Shown here: positions 27,591-40,735 of the stretch, in pieces | Layout: the number at the start of each line of letters is the position of its first letter | Position numbering within the stretch: position 1 is the stretch's first letter | Assembly (NCBI RefSeq): GCF_018977255.1 | Contig: NW_024704742.1 | Span: forward strand, 28,894,001 to 28,958,000 | Reading direction: 5' to 3' | Source: Callorhinchus milii | Lineage: Eukaryota | Length of the DNA stretch: 64,000 nt | Notes under the pieces: generated by a model | The model's input: only the letters and a program-made list of their open reading frames with translations | What the model was told of the DNA's origin: nothing | The model's database searches: none | Made by a program: the position numbers and the translations under genes

Positions 27591-30500
27591 AACGAGAATT
27601 CTTAACCAAGATCTTAAATCTGTAGAATTCTGATGTAGCCCTGATAGTGTAGTGGCAGCTTACAGGATACTGACCAAGAATTCACTGGTTCAAATTGCAG
27701 TCAATGCTAAATTTGCTAGTCTCAGCTGGGGTTGTGTGAGGCTAAATTGACCCTGGCCTTCCTGGGGTTAGGGAAAATAAAACCAGCCAGGTTTCCTGGT
27801 TCCTCTACCTCGCTCTCTACTGGCAGTGGGTAGAAAGAGGTCAGTCTCTGCTGTGACACTCTCTACAGTTGAGTGGCCTGCCGACACTCATTGCCAAGGC
27901 TCAACATGAATGCCTGTGGAACTGAGTCCTAGTAAGAAGAGGTCAGACCAGGAGCAGAGAGAGCAGTTGGGAAGAAAATTGGAAAAATTATTTGAAACTT
28001 TGATTTAAAAAAAACTATGGCACCTGCTCTGACAATATATAAGAGTTTTAATGAAGAAAACCAAGCTTTTGCTCTGCCTATCTTGCCTTTAATCCTATTC
28101 TGTTCAACCTCAATGATGACCTGCACTTTTGGTCTCAGTCCTTCATCAAGGTTTCTCAGTTTAAAGAAAGCAGCACATCTTGCCACAGCTGATTTAACAG
28201 TGACATGAGGACCTGCTCCCAACGTAACCTTAATTATATGATTCCTTAAGAATTAAATATGAACCTGAATATATCGGCTGATTCCCACCCTCTCGCACCA
28301 GCTTATTTTTCCAATTCTGATGCCCTGAACCTAAGTCAGATTATTACCTGGGATCTTGCAGATTTGAGTCATTTGATTCTGAGTTTGAATGAAACCACAA
28401 TCCAGCCAATAGCTAGTAAAAAGATTGAAAAAATTGTGAACCCAAAGACCAATGTGTGACCTGCATTCAGGACGTTGGCAACAAGATTAGTAGGGGGGGG
28501 TCTCCCTCCAGCACGTCACAGAAATTCATATTTGATGTGTAAGGAATCTCTCAAGTTAGACCATAGGTTAGACCACCAGCCTAGCTCAGTTGCCTAAGTC
28601 AGGAAGTTGTGGGTTCAAGCCCTACATTGGGACTAGATAGAAACATGAAAGGGAAGTGTTAATATGCGTTAAATCCCATTAAAATATGTAGTTCGCTTAC
28701 TACAATTATTTGGATATGAACATTGTTTTTCCAAGTAAAAAATTCTGGGAATCTGTTCAACATAACACACATTGCCTACTGAATTTCCAGGTAATCAACT
28801 GCAGATTGTTTTATGATAATAATATTATTAATGGTTCACCATGACCGTCATCACACATCAACGAAGGTGAATTCCCAGGTTCTTATCATTTCCACACACC
28901 ACCACAGTGAGCTGAAAAACAGCTGAAAAATAAATAGACTAAAACCCGCTTTTGAAATTAACAGTGGAAGATATGTAATAAAAACCTAAAAGAATAGATA
29001 CAAGGAGCTTCTCTCTACCTTTAATCACATTGTCCGAACCCCTCTCAATTATATTACTGCTTTGTATTCAGCAACTATGCCCATACTTTTTGGAACTCCC
29101 TCCTCTCTCTATCTGTCTTTAAATCCCATTTAAAAAAGGTACCTCTTAAACGGCGTCTACAGTCACCTCCCCTTCCTCTTCCTCCCTTGCTCGCCATCCA
29201 ATACCCTCACTATAAAACATTCCGAGCCATTAATCTTATGTGAAGGGCCACTATATAAATGCAAGTTATTGTTCTATCCATTCCTAAACATCAATTATAC
29301 TACAAATAACCAACCCAGGCATCTACCAACCTCTATGTAAATGATTATAGCTTTATATTAAATGGAAATGATCATCACAGCACTTAACGGTCAGTGTGAG
29401 TAACAATGGCCCCAATGGTGCTCGGAAGGGTCCCATTCATCAGCAGACTGATTATATGGGAAATCATGAAACTTCCTGAGCGTCCCGTGATTGACTGTCG
29501 AGCCCATTACTTATAAATAGAGTACATGAAAATGGGGGCCTACAAATATTTTGGGGGCCAGAAACACAAAAGGTTAAAGCAGCCATGTTAACAGTAATTC
29601 CCGGTGATGTGTTTCATGCCATTTATTTGGCTAAGACTATCTTCCCTGTTAGTACTTGAGCTTGATGACATAACTACACCTCTATTATCACTCTTCAGTA
29701 TCTATTATCCTCTATGTAATTGAGGTCAGATGGCTATGATCCAATTTTTATGATCATTAAAATTCACCTTTATTTTACATTTTATAACTTTGACTCACCA
29801 ATGTCAGATCATTTCCCAGTTAAAAGATAAAATATTGTGCCATGTAATTTTAATTTACATTTTACTCCACTGTACAAGGAATCACATTGGCCTCTGACAC
29901 TGCCCCATTTTCAAAAGATCGCTAGTCTGGTTTCACTCAAGCCAGAATCGAAGATTCCCTTTCCTTGGCTTCCAGGTTCCTGTCCGGAGCTGAGCTGAAT
30001 CATCCTGGAGTAAGAATCACAAATGCTGGCAACTCTCTGATCTCAAACAATTGCCCACAAAATATACAATATATTCTGTGAAGCGCTTTGAGATGTCTCG
30101 AAGAAGTGATCAGGCACTATATCAAATGCAAGGATTATTATTATTATTAATTGCCCGTTTTTCAGCTGTGAGCTGAAACAGGTAGTTTTGGCAGGCTATT
30201 CAACCAAAGAGTGGTGCGGTGAAAAGAGGGTGGTGGTTATTGTAATTAGGACAAATTGTGTCTTTCCCTGACATTCATATATCTTTCCAGTCAGAGTTAC
30301 CTGTTGGAGCACTGAGTGATTTTTTGTCTCCATAGAGTGGCTATAATAATAATAATCTTTGCATTTGACTCAGAGCATCTCACTTGGGAAGTATGTCTCA
30401 AAGCACTTAACAGGATTTGCCATAAAGTGGAGCGGCAGTATTCTGCAGACATGTGCAAAAGTCCATTTGTCACAGCAATAGTGAAGCCAATTGTTGCATT

Positions 30501-32064
30501 TCCTCTCCTCCCTGTACCTCTGAGTGAGATCAAATAACTCAGCAAATACCAAGGATCAAGCTTGGGACCTTTCCTCTTTGAATTAATCATTCTCCCACCA
30601 TTCAGCAGATTTGCCCCTAGCCATGAACCATCAAAGGAATGTTTTAGAGCATTCAGTGTGAGTTTAAGATCTTCATTTATAGTGATGGTTTCTACTTTTG
30701 GTCCATTGCATTCAGTAAATGTACAAAACAGCAATTAGTGATTTTTCCACTCAGAAAGAGAGGTATTTTACCTCGTAGAATGGAGCTTTCTTGCAGTAAG
30801 ATGTTTACATGAGCACTTGTTGGATCAACGCAGCTTGCTATCTGTTGGAAACTATTTGAATCTATGTTTAAAAATCAATTTTTACTTCTAATCACACTAT
30901 GAGTTGAAAGTACGAGCTCTTTGTCTGTGCTAAAGAACAGTATTAAGTGAGACAATGAACATCAGATGGAAAGATTTAATCAATGTCACATCTTTATCAG
31001 GAAGTGCACACAGCGGTGGATATACCAAACACTGATCTTAAATACTGGGAAATGGATTGAGCACATTAATAATTTCCTGAACAACATCTTGGTTGTATTA
31101 AATAAGTGTCACAGGCCAATAGAAACTACCCCTTATTCATCTGATCTGCCACTCAATACATTTATTGGTAGTAGATCCAAAATATGGATCGGGCGTATTA
31201 GTAATGCCCTTGAGAAGTGTTCCTGGCTGCAGTAAGTAAACGTCTATTCATGTTAGTTCTAATACTGTAATTTTGTGGAACATTAATGTATAGATTCCAC
31301 AGAAATACAAACGCAACAGAATCTAGAAAACCATATCTATCACTATATGATTTAGAACTCTGAAAGAAAGAACCTTTCAAGAGACTTAGTATTGATTCAT
31401 GGAGTCAACATAAAGAATTAGTTGGTACAGTAATGAAATTCTGCTTTCAAATTTAAGAATGATTCTGTAGAGTAAATAGAAAGAGACTGTTTCCACTGAT
31501 GGGCAAATCAGGGGCCAGTGGCTATAAGATGAGAATATCCCTGGAAGGAAAGAGGGAGAGGTTAGAAGAAATCGTTCTGCACAGCAGGAGTAGTTGTACA
31601 TAAAACACTTTACCACAAATGGTTGCTGAATCTGAATCCATTATAGTATTTGAAAAAAGGTTTGGATGAACGTTTGCAGGAAAAGAATATTAAATGGGTT
31701 AGAGTAGATAGTTCCTCTGGGGCAACTCAGCACAAACACAGACTTGATGGGTCAACTGGCATGCTATGTTACAAACATCTTATGATTCTGACCAACTCTA
31801 TAAATCTGATGTAGCATTTGCTAAATGTGCTAGTGACACTGAGTGGAAGTTAAAAACTGAAACACCAATATGTTTTTATGTTCTTTGATAGCATTAGCCA
31901 TTTGTGGGATGGATAGGCAAGTGCCTTGAACTAACTGTATCCTCCTGTACAGAATTATTGCATCACATCGGAACAGAGTTTATCAGTCAGTGTGCCATAT
32001 CCCATTTAATGGAAGGGTTGTTCATTTTCCTATTTCGGATTTTGTATTAAGAAATACTGCAATG

Positions 32065-32250
32065 CTGCGGGACCTGACCATTGCGGGAAGTGCCTGGCTT
32101 TCGGGGTTGTGGCCCCACTAAGACATGGGGCCAAACGCCATGAAACCTGGGCTTACATGGATGCACGCCACCCTGGCGCAGTCTCCCGCTCCTCAACCCC
32201 CAACCCACTCCAGAGAGGCATTCCCCACTGTTTGAGAACCTTTAGTCTAG
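32065..32250 (+). mobile_element. Possible hAT-Charlie-type MITE remnant
   Basis: GC-rich block ending TTTGAGAACC followed by TCTAGA, as at MER5/Charlie termini and targets. Confidence 0.35.
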
Positions 32251-35200
32251 ACAATTTTGTATCACCACAAAAGTAAAATAATGAAAACTCGTGCAATCTG
32301 TTACATTTCAAACCTATATTCATCGAACCAGGACTGATTATAATGACTCTGTGCGGAACTTTATTAACTCTGCCATTAAGTAAGCTGTGGAGCCTATTTC
32401 GATGAGGATGATAGCTGTGAGCTCTGGGGCTGAATGAGGATGATAGCTCATAGCTGTTGTCAGATTTTAGTGACATCCAGCATTTATCTGCAAAAATAAG
32501 CAGTACCTGTCTAATAGCCACCTGAACAGGCAGACGGACCTCAATTTAACATCTCATCCGAAGGACAAAAGTCCTGAAAGTGAGGCTTGAACCCACAAAT
32601 ATATGACTCAGAGGTGAGAGTGCAACCAATTGACACACGTCATTTTTTTTATCAAGTAGATGAAGTGTAACAAGTTGGTATGAATGGGAATGGAATCTTC
32701 ATTGAGATATTTCTCAATGGGATTCCTTAATAAGGAATCTGAGTCAGGCAAATTAGGTCTCCTTCCAGTAGTGGAAGTCAGTGCACACCCATAGTATCTT
32801 TGCTCCAACAAGATATACTTAGAACAGATTTCCCATGGGTTAAATACCACAAATTAAACACTAATATCACTTTATGTATCATTTCTGCATAGATTAATTA
32901 TGGGCATTTCTTCATATATCTCTAGTTTCTAATGATACCATCAAGCTTGCTGTAGACTAGCAACATGTTTCACTCAAGTGAAATTGAAACACAGGCAGGT
33001 AGGAGACTTGGAGAACTCCTACCTTTGAGCCATTGAGTTGTGTGTTAAAATAAACTACAACAACAGCTTATATTTATACAGCACCTTTCATGCCAGGTGG
33101 ACGTCCCAGGGCATTGATAGTGAAGGTGCTTTAAACACTCCATTCTTCAAATGACACATTGCAAGGAGGTCTGCCTGTTCAGGTTCACGTTAAAAATCTC
33201 TTAGTATTACTCAAAAAGAGAAAGGAGATACAAATTGAGACATACTTTAAAAGAGGGGGGGGAGAGAACAAACTGGAGGGAGTCTGGGATGGATTTCCAG
33301 ATAGTGGCTGCACATTGGCTGAAAATCTGTTCGCCAATGGTGGGGTGGATAGTGTACGGGCTATCAAGCAAGCCAGTGCTTACTGAGCAGAGGGAACAGG
33401 CATGTCAGTAGGGTTGAAGGAGATCACAGAGATTCAAAGGAGTGAGATCTTGGAGGAATTTAAAGATTGGAATGAGGATCTTGAACTTGATCTATTGTGG
33501 GATGTGGAGCCAATGGAGCTGAGCAGGAGAGGACGTGGGCTGTGGAGTTCTCGATAGTTGTGTAGGGAAGACCTGGAGAGTCTGGTAAGCAAAGTATTGG
33601 CATAGCCAAGCCTGGGGCTGAGGTCTCCGGAGCCTGAGGGGAGAGTTAGTGGAGGAGGCAGATAATATTTCGGAGAAGCAGGCAATGTGTAAGAGTATTC
33701 AAAAGGTTATTGTTGTAAAGTGCTGGATGACTCATAGCAGAAGGCAATGAAGTTGTGGTAGCTTTACCACAGACTGTGTGATCCAACTTGACATTTCATT
33801 GGATTAACACATACACCATTTAAGAACCCTGTAAACACCTATCAAATAAGTCCAGTGACAGCCATTATCATTATCTTGCCAGGCATTCTCAATTAAATAT
33901 TATTGAGAGTTTTGATATTTTTTCAGCCTTTTTAATTGTAGTGAAAGAGTGTTAGATGATGCTTATAACAGGTATTACATTGAATGTGGCTACTCATTTT
34001 GGGGTAGCAAACATGATGAATCATGGTTAAATGAGTATCTCCATAAAGGGAAGCTAAGTATTGAATTACTAAGTAACTGATGCCTGCTTATTGGTAAGCA
34101 AGAACTGAGAAAGATCCTAACATATTGAGCATTGCTCACTGAAAGTCTAGTCATTGATTTAATTTAAGCAGCAGGGGCTAGATGAGAGAGATTAAAGATA
34201 AGATTTGCTGAACATTTAGTAGAGATTTTTAGTTCAGAAAAATAGCTGAAAAGGGGATAATTAATCTTGCAGCTAACATGAGTTTGCACTTGTTGTTTTG
34301 GTTAGCCTGGTGTCTGACACATGTAAGCATCATTATGCTTATGAGTATCCAAACCAGACTGAGAGTTCTATATATAAATCTCACCTACATATGAAAGTTT
34401 CCCTGTGTTTTTGAGTTGAACGCACACTCTTGCCCTGGTAGGACACATCCTGTTTCCTAATTCTGGAGAGTATGGGCAAGAGCCAATGCTTTGGACCCCG
34501 AGCCTGTGTGTTGTGAATTGCTGGAGTTTTACCTAGCTGAAAACATAGCTTTCCAATGAGAGCATTGTCTTGCAAGCTATCCACTGCTTGTCCAGATAAG
34601 ACCATCATGAGGGATTTCGCTTGCTGGGTTAACCGGAGCTAAGTGGGAAGAATCCCTGCCCCAGGGATTGGTCTGCCTCTCTACATTCTGCCCGTTAACC
34701 AGACTGGCTGGTCTGTCAAAAGCAGTGCATTCAGTACTGCAGATACACCTAGCTCAGGAACCAGATCGCCACAGCGAGACTGCCACAGAGGATTCAGACT
34801 CCATTAGCAAGATTTCCAGCTACATTATGTTGTATTTTTGTTTTGGTCGTCCGGGTTCTGAAATCAATCTGCTAAGAGCTTGGAGGGATTAAGGTGATGC
34901 CCCCCCAGTGAGGTTCTTCATCCAACCCTCTTTAAACCCTGCCTAAAATCCCACCTCTTTTACTCGTCTTGTGTCACAGTTCCCCCTCCACCCTCACTCT
35001 CTTCCCTTGCTCAGTGTCCTGCTCCATCATTGCGAAGCACTCTGGAATGTTATCTTATTTGAAATACTATAGAAATGCAAGTTGTTGTTGTTGGAGTATT
35101 CTTAACTCGTTAAGCAGAAGGACCTTTGCCTTCCACTCCAAGCCTGAGCTACAGCTACTTTACTATCCCAATTACCCTCAAAGACAACAATCACACAGAA

Positions 35201-35810
35201 GCTGGGAGCTGAACTCAGTACCTTCATCAAACAACCACCCAGAAGATAAAAGAAAAGTGCTCCAGGGAAAACTCAAAAAACCTGTGACCAAAAGCAGATG
35301 CTGCAGGCTGTCCATAGGGGTTGGCATTGAATCATGCATTAGAAAGTAGAAATAAGCAAAAGGAAAATAAAGTGGAAGGGCTATGTGAAATTCAAAGCAT
35401 GTCTTCTGAAAGAAGTAAAGTGAACCACTAACTGAATTAAACTGGCTTGAGGGAATAGATACTTCCATTGATCCCTGGTTCAGACAAATCAGTCCACTAG
35501 CTGGAAACATCAGAACAGAAGGAAATAAAGATGAAAAGGACAATGGGGATGAAACTCAAAGGAGTATTCCAGCTTATTTGGTTATCTGAACTGAAGCCAG
35601 CAAGAGAATGGAAGATAAGTCATAAAAAAATTTAAACTTGGAAGCAGAACTTAAGTTAACAGAAACTAACAAGAACCAAAAACAGAATATAAAAAAGATG
35701 TCAAGGTTTGAATATTGAGTCAACCACCTCTTGCTGAACACATTTGGTGAATCTTAATGTATCAAATGGACCAATAAATGCAGCAGCTCATGATATTATA
35801 TGATATTATA

Positions 35811-36066
35811 GGCAGGGTGAAACCTTGGGCAAGTTTCCTTACTCCACTCACCTAATAATATTCCCTCCAAAAAACAAAACAATAATAAATTGGTCATTTT
35901 CAATCCATGGCTGTTTGTGGGACACTGCTGTGCGCAATTGGCTGCCGCGTTCGCCCACAAATATACAGTCAATTCACTTTACAGTATATTCTGTGAAGCG
36001 CTTTGAGACGTCTAGAAGACGTGAAAAGCGCTATATCAAATGCAAGGATTATTATTGTTATTATTA
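35811..36066 (+). mobile_element. tRNA-derived SINE, short subfamily, 5'-truncated
   Basis: Homologous to 3975-4290. Confidence 0.9.
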
Positions 36067-36342
36067 TAAAATAATAGAAATTACAGCACAGGAGATCATT
36101 TGACCCAACAAGCTACAGCAACTTAGGAGCAACTATGCAATGCTGAACAATGACACTTGAAATTCAGAACAGACAAAAAAAAGTAACTTTCCATCAAGGT
36201 GTTGCTGCTTTTATCCCTGAGGTTTTATCTGAAGAGGAACTGACGTACTGACATACAAGTTAGTTTTATGAACAGAACAACGTTCTAAGGCCCAAAAAGT
36301 GCCAAATTGAATGCCTTCACACTCCTTCTCACAGATCACTGT

Positions 36343-36706
36343 GGAGTTCTGTGGCTCAGTGGTTAGAGTACTCGCCTTGCAAGCGAGTCGGCTGGGTTCG
36401 ATTCCTAGGCAGGGTGAAACATTGGCCAAGTTTCCTTACTTCCTTACCTCTGTTTACCTTGCAGTAAATAGGAACCCAGTGGTTAGTTGATTGTTGGATT
36501 GCTTTTCTGGGGGTAATAATCCCTTATTAAAAAAATAATAATTTGATCATTCAATCCATGACTGTTTGTGGGACATTGCTGTGCGCAATTGGTTGCCTCG
36601 TTTCACCCATACAATACTCAGTCAATTCACTTTATGCTTCTGTGAAGCACTTTGAAATGTCTAGAAGATGTGATAAGGCGCTGTATCAAATGCAAGGATT
36701 ATTATT
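36343..36706 (+). mobile_element. tRNA-derived SINE, long subfamily
   Basis: TGGCTCAGTGG / GGTTCGATTCC boxes, full body. Confidence 0.9.
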
Positions 36707-37783
36707 TCTGCATGATTGGCAGCAGCTTTAAATATATGTCATCAGTGATGTAGCACTGAAACTACGTTCAAATATTTTATAAATGGGAATGGGAAAAGTG
36801 AGGGCGTTTGAGACTATCGATGAATGAATAAGTAAAGCATATCTTAATATGGTAATTCTGGGTACTGCTGCTTTAATTTTACAGCAAGAAAGGATCTTTG
36901 TCCAAAAAGCAGGAGCTAAGGGGCTTAAAAGTCATGAAAATGAGATTATCTAGTGGAACCCACATGACTGCTACAAAGAGACAGTGTAAGATTTCTAAAT
37001 TGCAAGCCATCATTTCTGCTTGTACACTGAGTCCAATTGTGTGTGTGAGTGTGAGGAGGAAGCAGTGAAAGTGACAGTAGCCATGTGAGCTGACTATAAT
37101 TTTGATAAGAAGCATATTTTGCATAGTTTAAAGATGGATCATTTCTTCTCTTTCTCACCATTCTTTGTTCTATCTGTATTAACTTCCGCTCCATCCTGCA
37201 GCTTGCATCCCAGTCAAGAGCACTCGGGTCGTTACTCTTAACTCAGAACAGGCTATGCAAGAGGAAATGTGTGAGAGGTTGACTTTGGTAGCAGTTTCCG
37301 CTCTTTTCTCCTTGTGGAAGAAATAAATTAGTCACTTCAATCTTAGGCTGTTTGTTGGACACTTCTGTGTGCAATTGGCTGCCTCATTTCGCCCACAAAA
37401 TATACAGTCAATTCACTTTACATTATATTCTGTGAAGCGCTTTGAGAGGTCTCAAAGACATGATAAGGCGCTGTATCAAATGCAAGGATTATTATTATAT
37501 GACCATCATTGAAATACATTATGAAGCCAAACTTCAGAAATGTGTTAACACTCCCAGCTTTCTGCTAGAGTGTTGGCTCAATTCAGGAGTTAAAGGTACC
37601 AGATAGGGATTGCATTCCCGGGTTTTCGGAAGCACCTAAAATGTCATATGGTAATACCGTACAGTAATAGTGCTCCCCAAATCCCAGGATTCATTGAAGA
37701 GAATACAGAAATTTCACGTTAAAATCCAAAATCCCAGAATTCCGATAGCGCTCTGGAATTGCAACCCCTCGTACCAGACCATA

Positions 37784-38150
37784 CAATAATAATAATAATA
37801 ATGCTTGCATTTGATATAGCGCTTTTCATGTCTTCTAGACATCTCAAAGTGTTTCACAATATTTAGTGTAAAGTGAAATGACTGTATATTTGTGGGCAAA
37901 ATGTGGCAGCCAATTGTGCACAGCAGTGTCCCACAAACAGTCGTGGATCGAGTGACCAAATTATTATTGGCTTTTTTGAAGGAATTATTATCCACAGAAA
38001 AGCGATCCACTAATTGACTGACAACCGGATTCCTACTTACTGCTAGGTAAACTGATGCATGTGGAATAAGGAAACTTGCCCAACATTTCTCCCTGCCGGG
38101 AATAGTTCCCAGGCCTCTCGCTTGTGAGGTGAGCACTCTGCTACAGGACT
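37784..38150 (-). mobile_element. tRNA-derived SINE, long subfamily
   Basis: Reverse complement of the 27210/36343 copies. Confidence 0.88.
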
Positions 38151-40479
38151 CCTCTGATGGGCATTGCAAAATCTTGTGAAGCATTTTGTGATGTCTCAAC
38201 GAAGTGATAACGTACGATATCAAATGCAAGGATTATTATCATTATGCCAGTTTAAATCTGGAGGTGCGATAGTGAATAGCAAAGATCCCAATATCATCAC
38301 ATTGTGCATGAGACTCGCTGACAACAAGGTGATATATTACACGCTAACAGTCACCTAGTGACAATATATTTATTTAAATAGAGGATATCAAACAGTTGGA
38401 ATAGGTAACCAAAGAGTGCTAGAGGCCAGAAATCTGAATTCATGAAAGAAACTGCTTGATGCTGCGTTAGGAGGTTGGTAATGTTTGTATTCTGCAAGGA
38501 TAAAAATAAATGGATCAAAGGGCCGTCTTCACAGGAACCTCTCTTGTGATCTTGTGATCATATGTTTTGACCCCTGCAGCAATCCCATTCAGTCTAATGC
38601 ATGTTTGATGTTGGGTGGGAAAGTCCCAATGAAAGAATGCTCTGGAAGAAGTTTATGATTAACTACAGATATTCCCATGCTTGCAAATAGAGCACCTATT
38701 CGAAGGGGGAGTGCAAGATAAATCTATGATATCTCCACCTTGTATCATCCCCATCAAGATTGTCAATACTCATGCACTGGGAGAAGTGCTGACATGGTAA
38801 AATAAACAGGTGAATTATCATTTAATATCTTGCACAGCATAAAGTTTTCTGGAGCAATTTAGAATCTAACCTCAATAATGATCACAGAGTAAAGAAAATA
38901 TTGAAGGACATTATTTTATTCACTTTGAGAAAGTTTTTCGTAAGTCTCTCAAATTCACTGCTTACGGCTCCTTTATACTCATGAAGTTACACAGACGCAC
39001 TCCCACTAATGAGACATCATCTATTTCTATAGTCAGGACAGTGGCAAATGAAATAGTGGTGCATTGTCCATATCACAGGCATTTACAAAAGGACTGTCTG
39101 AGAGACAGGAAAGATAAACTTTTTTTAATAAGCCACGATTTGTGTTGGACTGAGAATGACATGAAACTGTGTTTATATAAATAATTAAGCATATTTGGAT
39201 TGGATTGAAGCTGTATCACACTCCTGGGTTAGGATGACTCAGAATTGCTCAAGCTTCACTCCCACAGTTTACACCATCCCCTGAACTCCTCAAGTATGTT
39301 ATTTCTGACACTATATCTCTAGTTCAAGTCCAATTCCCAGGAGTCATTCAGTGGTTAAATCTCATGGGTGTTCTCAGACCTTTTTTCATGTGATGTTACA
39401 ATTATTAAACCCAAATAAAATACGTCTATCTAGAGAAGAAATGAAAAACTGATGTAACGCAAAGAGATATAACAACAACAACTTGCACTTATCTAGCGTT
39501 CTTCACACCGGGTAGCATCCCGAAGCGCTTGCCGGACACATCTATATAATAGATGTCCCCACACATGAGGCTGATCATAGCCACTCAGGTCAGCCTCAAC
39601 AAACAGATATATATCAACAACAACAACTTGCATTTATCTAGTGCTCTTCACGCAGGGTGGAGTCTCAGAGAGATTTATACTCTCCCATGATGAATCACCT
39701 GACATATTCTCACTTGAAGTTTCTCCCACCAAATGTACAGTCAAATTCACTTTTCAGTGTATTCCGTGAAGCGCTTTGAGACGTCTCGAAGATGTAATAA
39801 GTCGTTATATTAAATATAAGGATTATTATTATTATAAAGTCCTCCCAGACTGACTTGTGTACCTTCCTAGTCTATCTCATTTCAAATGCTATGTATATGG
39901 CAGATGACAAACCTTTCTCCTCAAGATTGTTCTGATACTCTGGCAAAGACAGACGTAGGCTGAACGCACTCTGAATGGCCTGAGGACATTGCCCAAAATG
40001 AAAAATGAAATTTCCCATTTTTCCTGAGTAGACTCAACTCCAAATAAAATTAATTTGGTACATTCTGCATGTCTTCTTTGCTCCTGCCATCCCATTTTTC
40101 CCTGGATGTGAGGGTCAAACAATTTACTCAGTGAAAAGGGCTTGTCATTGTCGGGACTGTTTTTGTGTGCCACGTGACAGTAATTACTGTGAAAGGCTTT
40201 GAGATATTTAACGGGATAACGTGCTATGGAAATGCAAATTTGTTTGCTTTTCTTCACAGAGTCAATGCAGCATTTGAACCTAAAGAGAGTGACAAACTAA
40301 TTATTGTGCAGCCTCTTGTCTTCCCCACAGCTCCGAGGAGATAGACCATTGACTGAAATCAGAGACTGGTTCTTAAAGTGTCTCGCATTCGACTTTCCAC
40401 TTGTGCCTGGAAAAACCCACACGTGTTGCAGATGAGTCAATAAATGTGAGTCTTCACATTCAGCGTTTTATGTATAAAA

Positions 40480-40735
40480 AATAACAGACATTTTAGGGCT
40501 CTTGATCACCGCTTCTCTGACTGATTCCATATTTCCAACTGTTCGTGCTGTTTGAGGCCGTGGACTTCTTTCTGCATCTTTAACACTTCCTGTACCACGA
40601 AATGCAGAAACATAGTGCAATATGAACATGTAATTCAAATCTTTTCCGAAACGCCATTGTGCTGCAACGACCGAATTTCCATTCGAGAAGTACAGTTCCA
40701 TAATTGCAGCGCAATGTTCATTACTCCATTTCTAC
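40480..40735 (-). mobile_element. Tc1/mariner-superfamily transposase N-terminal (HTH, DUF4817-like) fragment
   Basis: WSNEHCAAIMELYFSNGNSVVAAQWRF...FRGTGSVKDAERSPRPQTARTVGNMESVREAVIKSPKMS resembles the F.ETGSV....RSGRPRT.RT.EN...VR..V..SP..S pattern. Confidence 0.78.
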
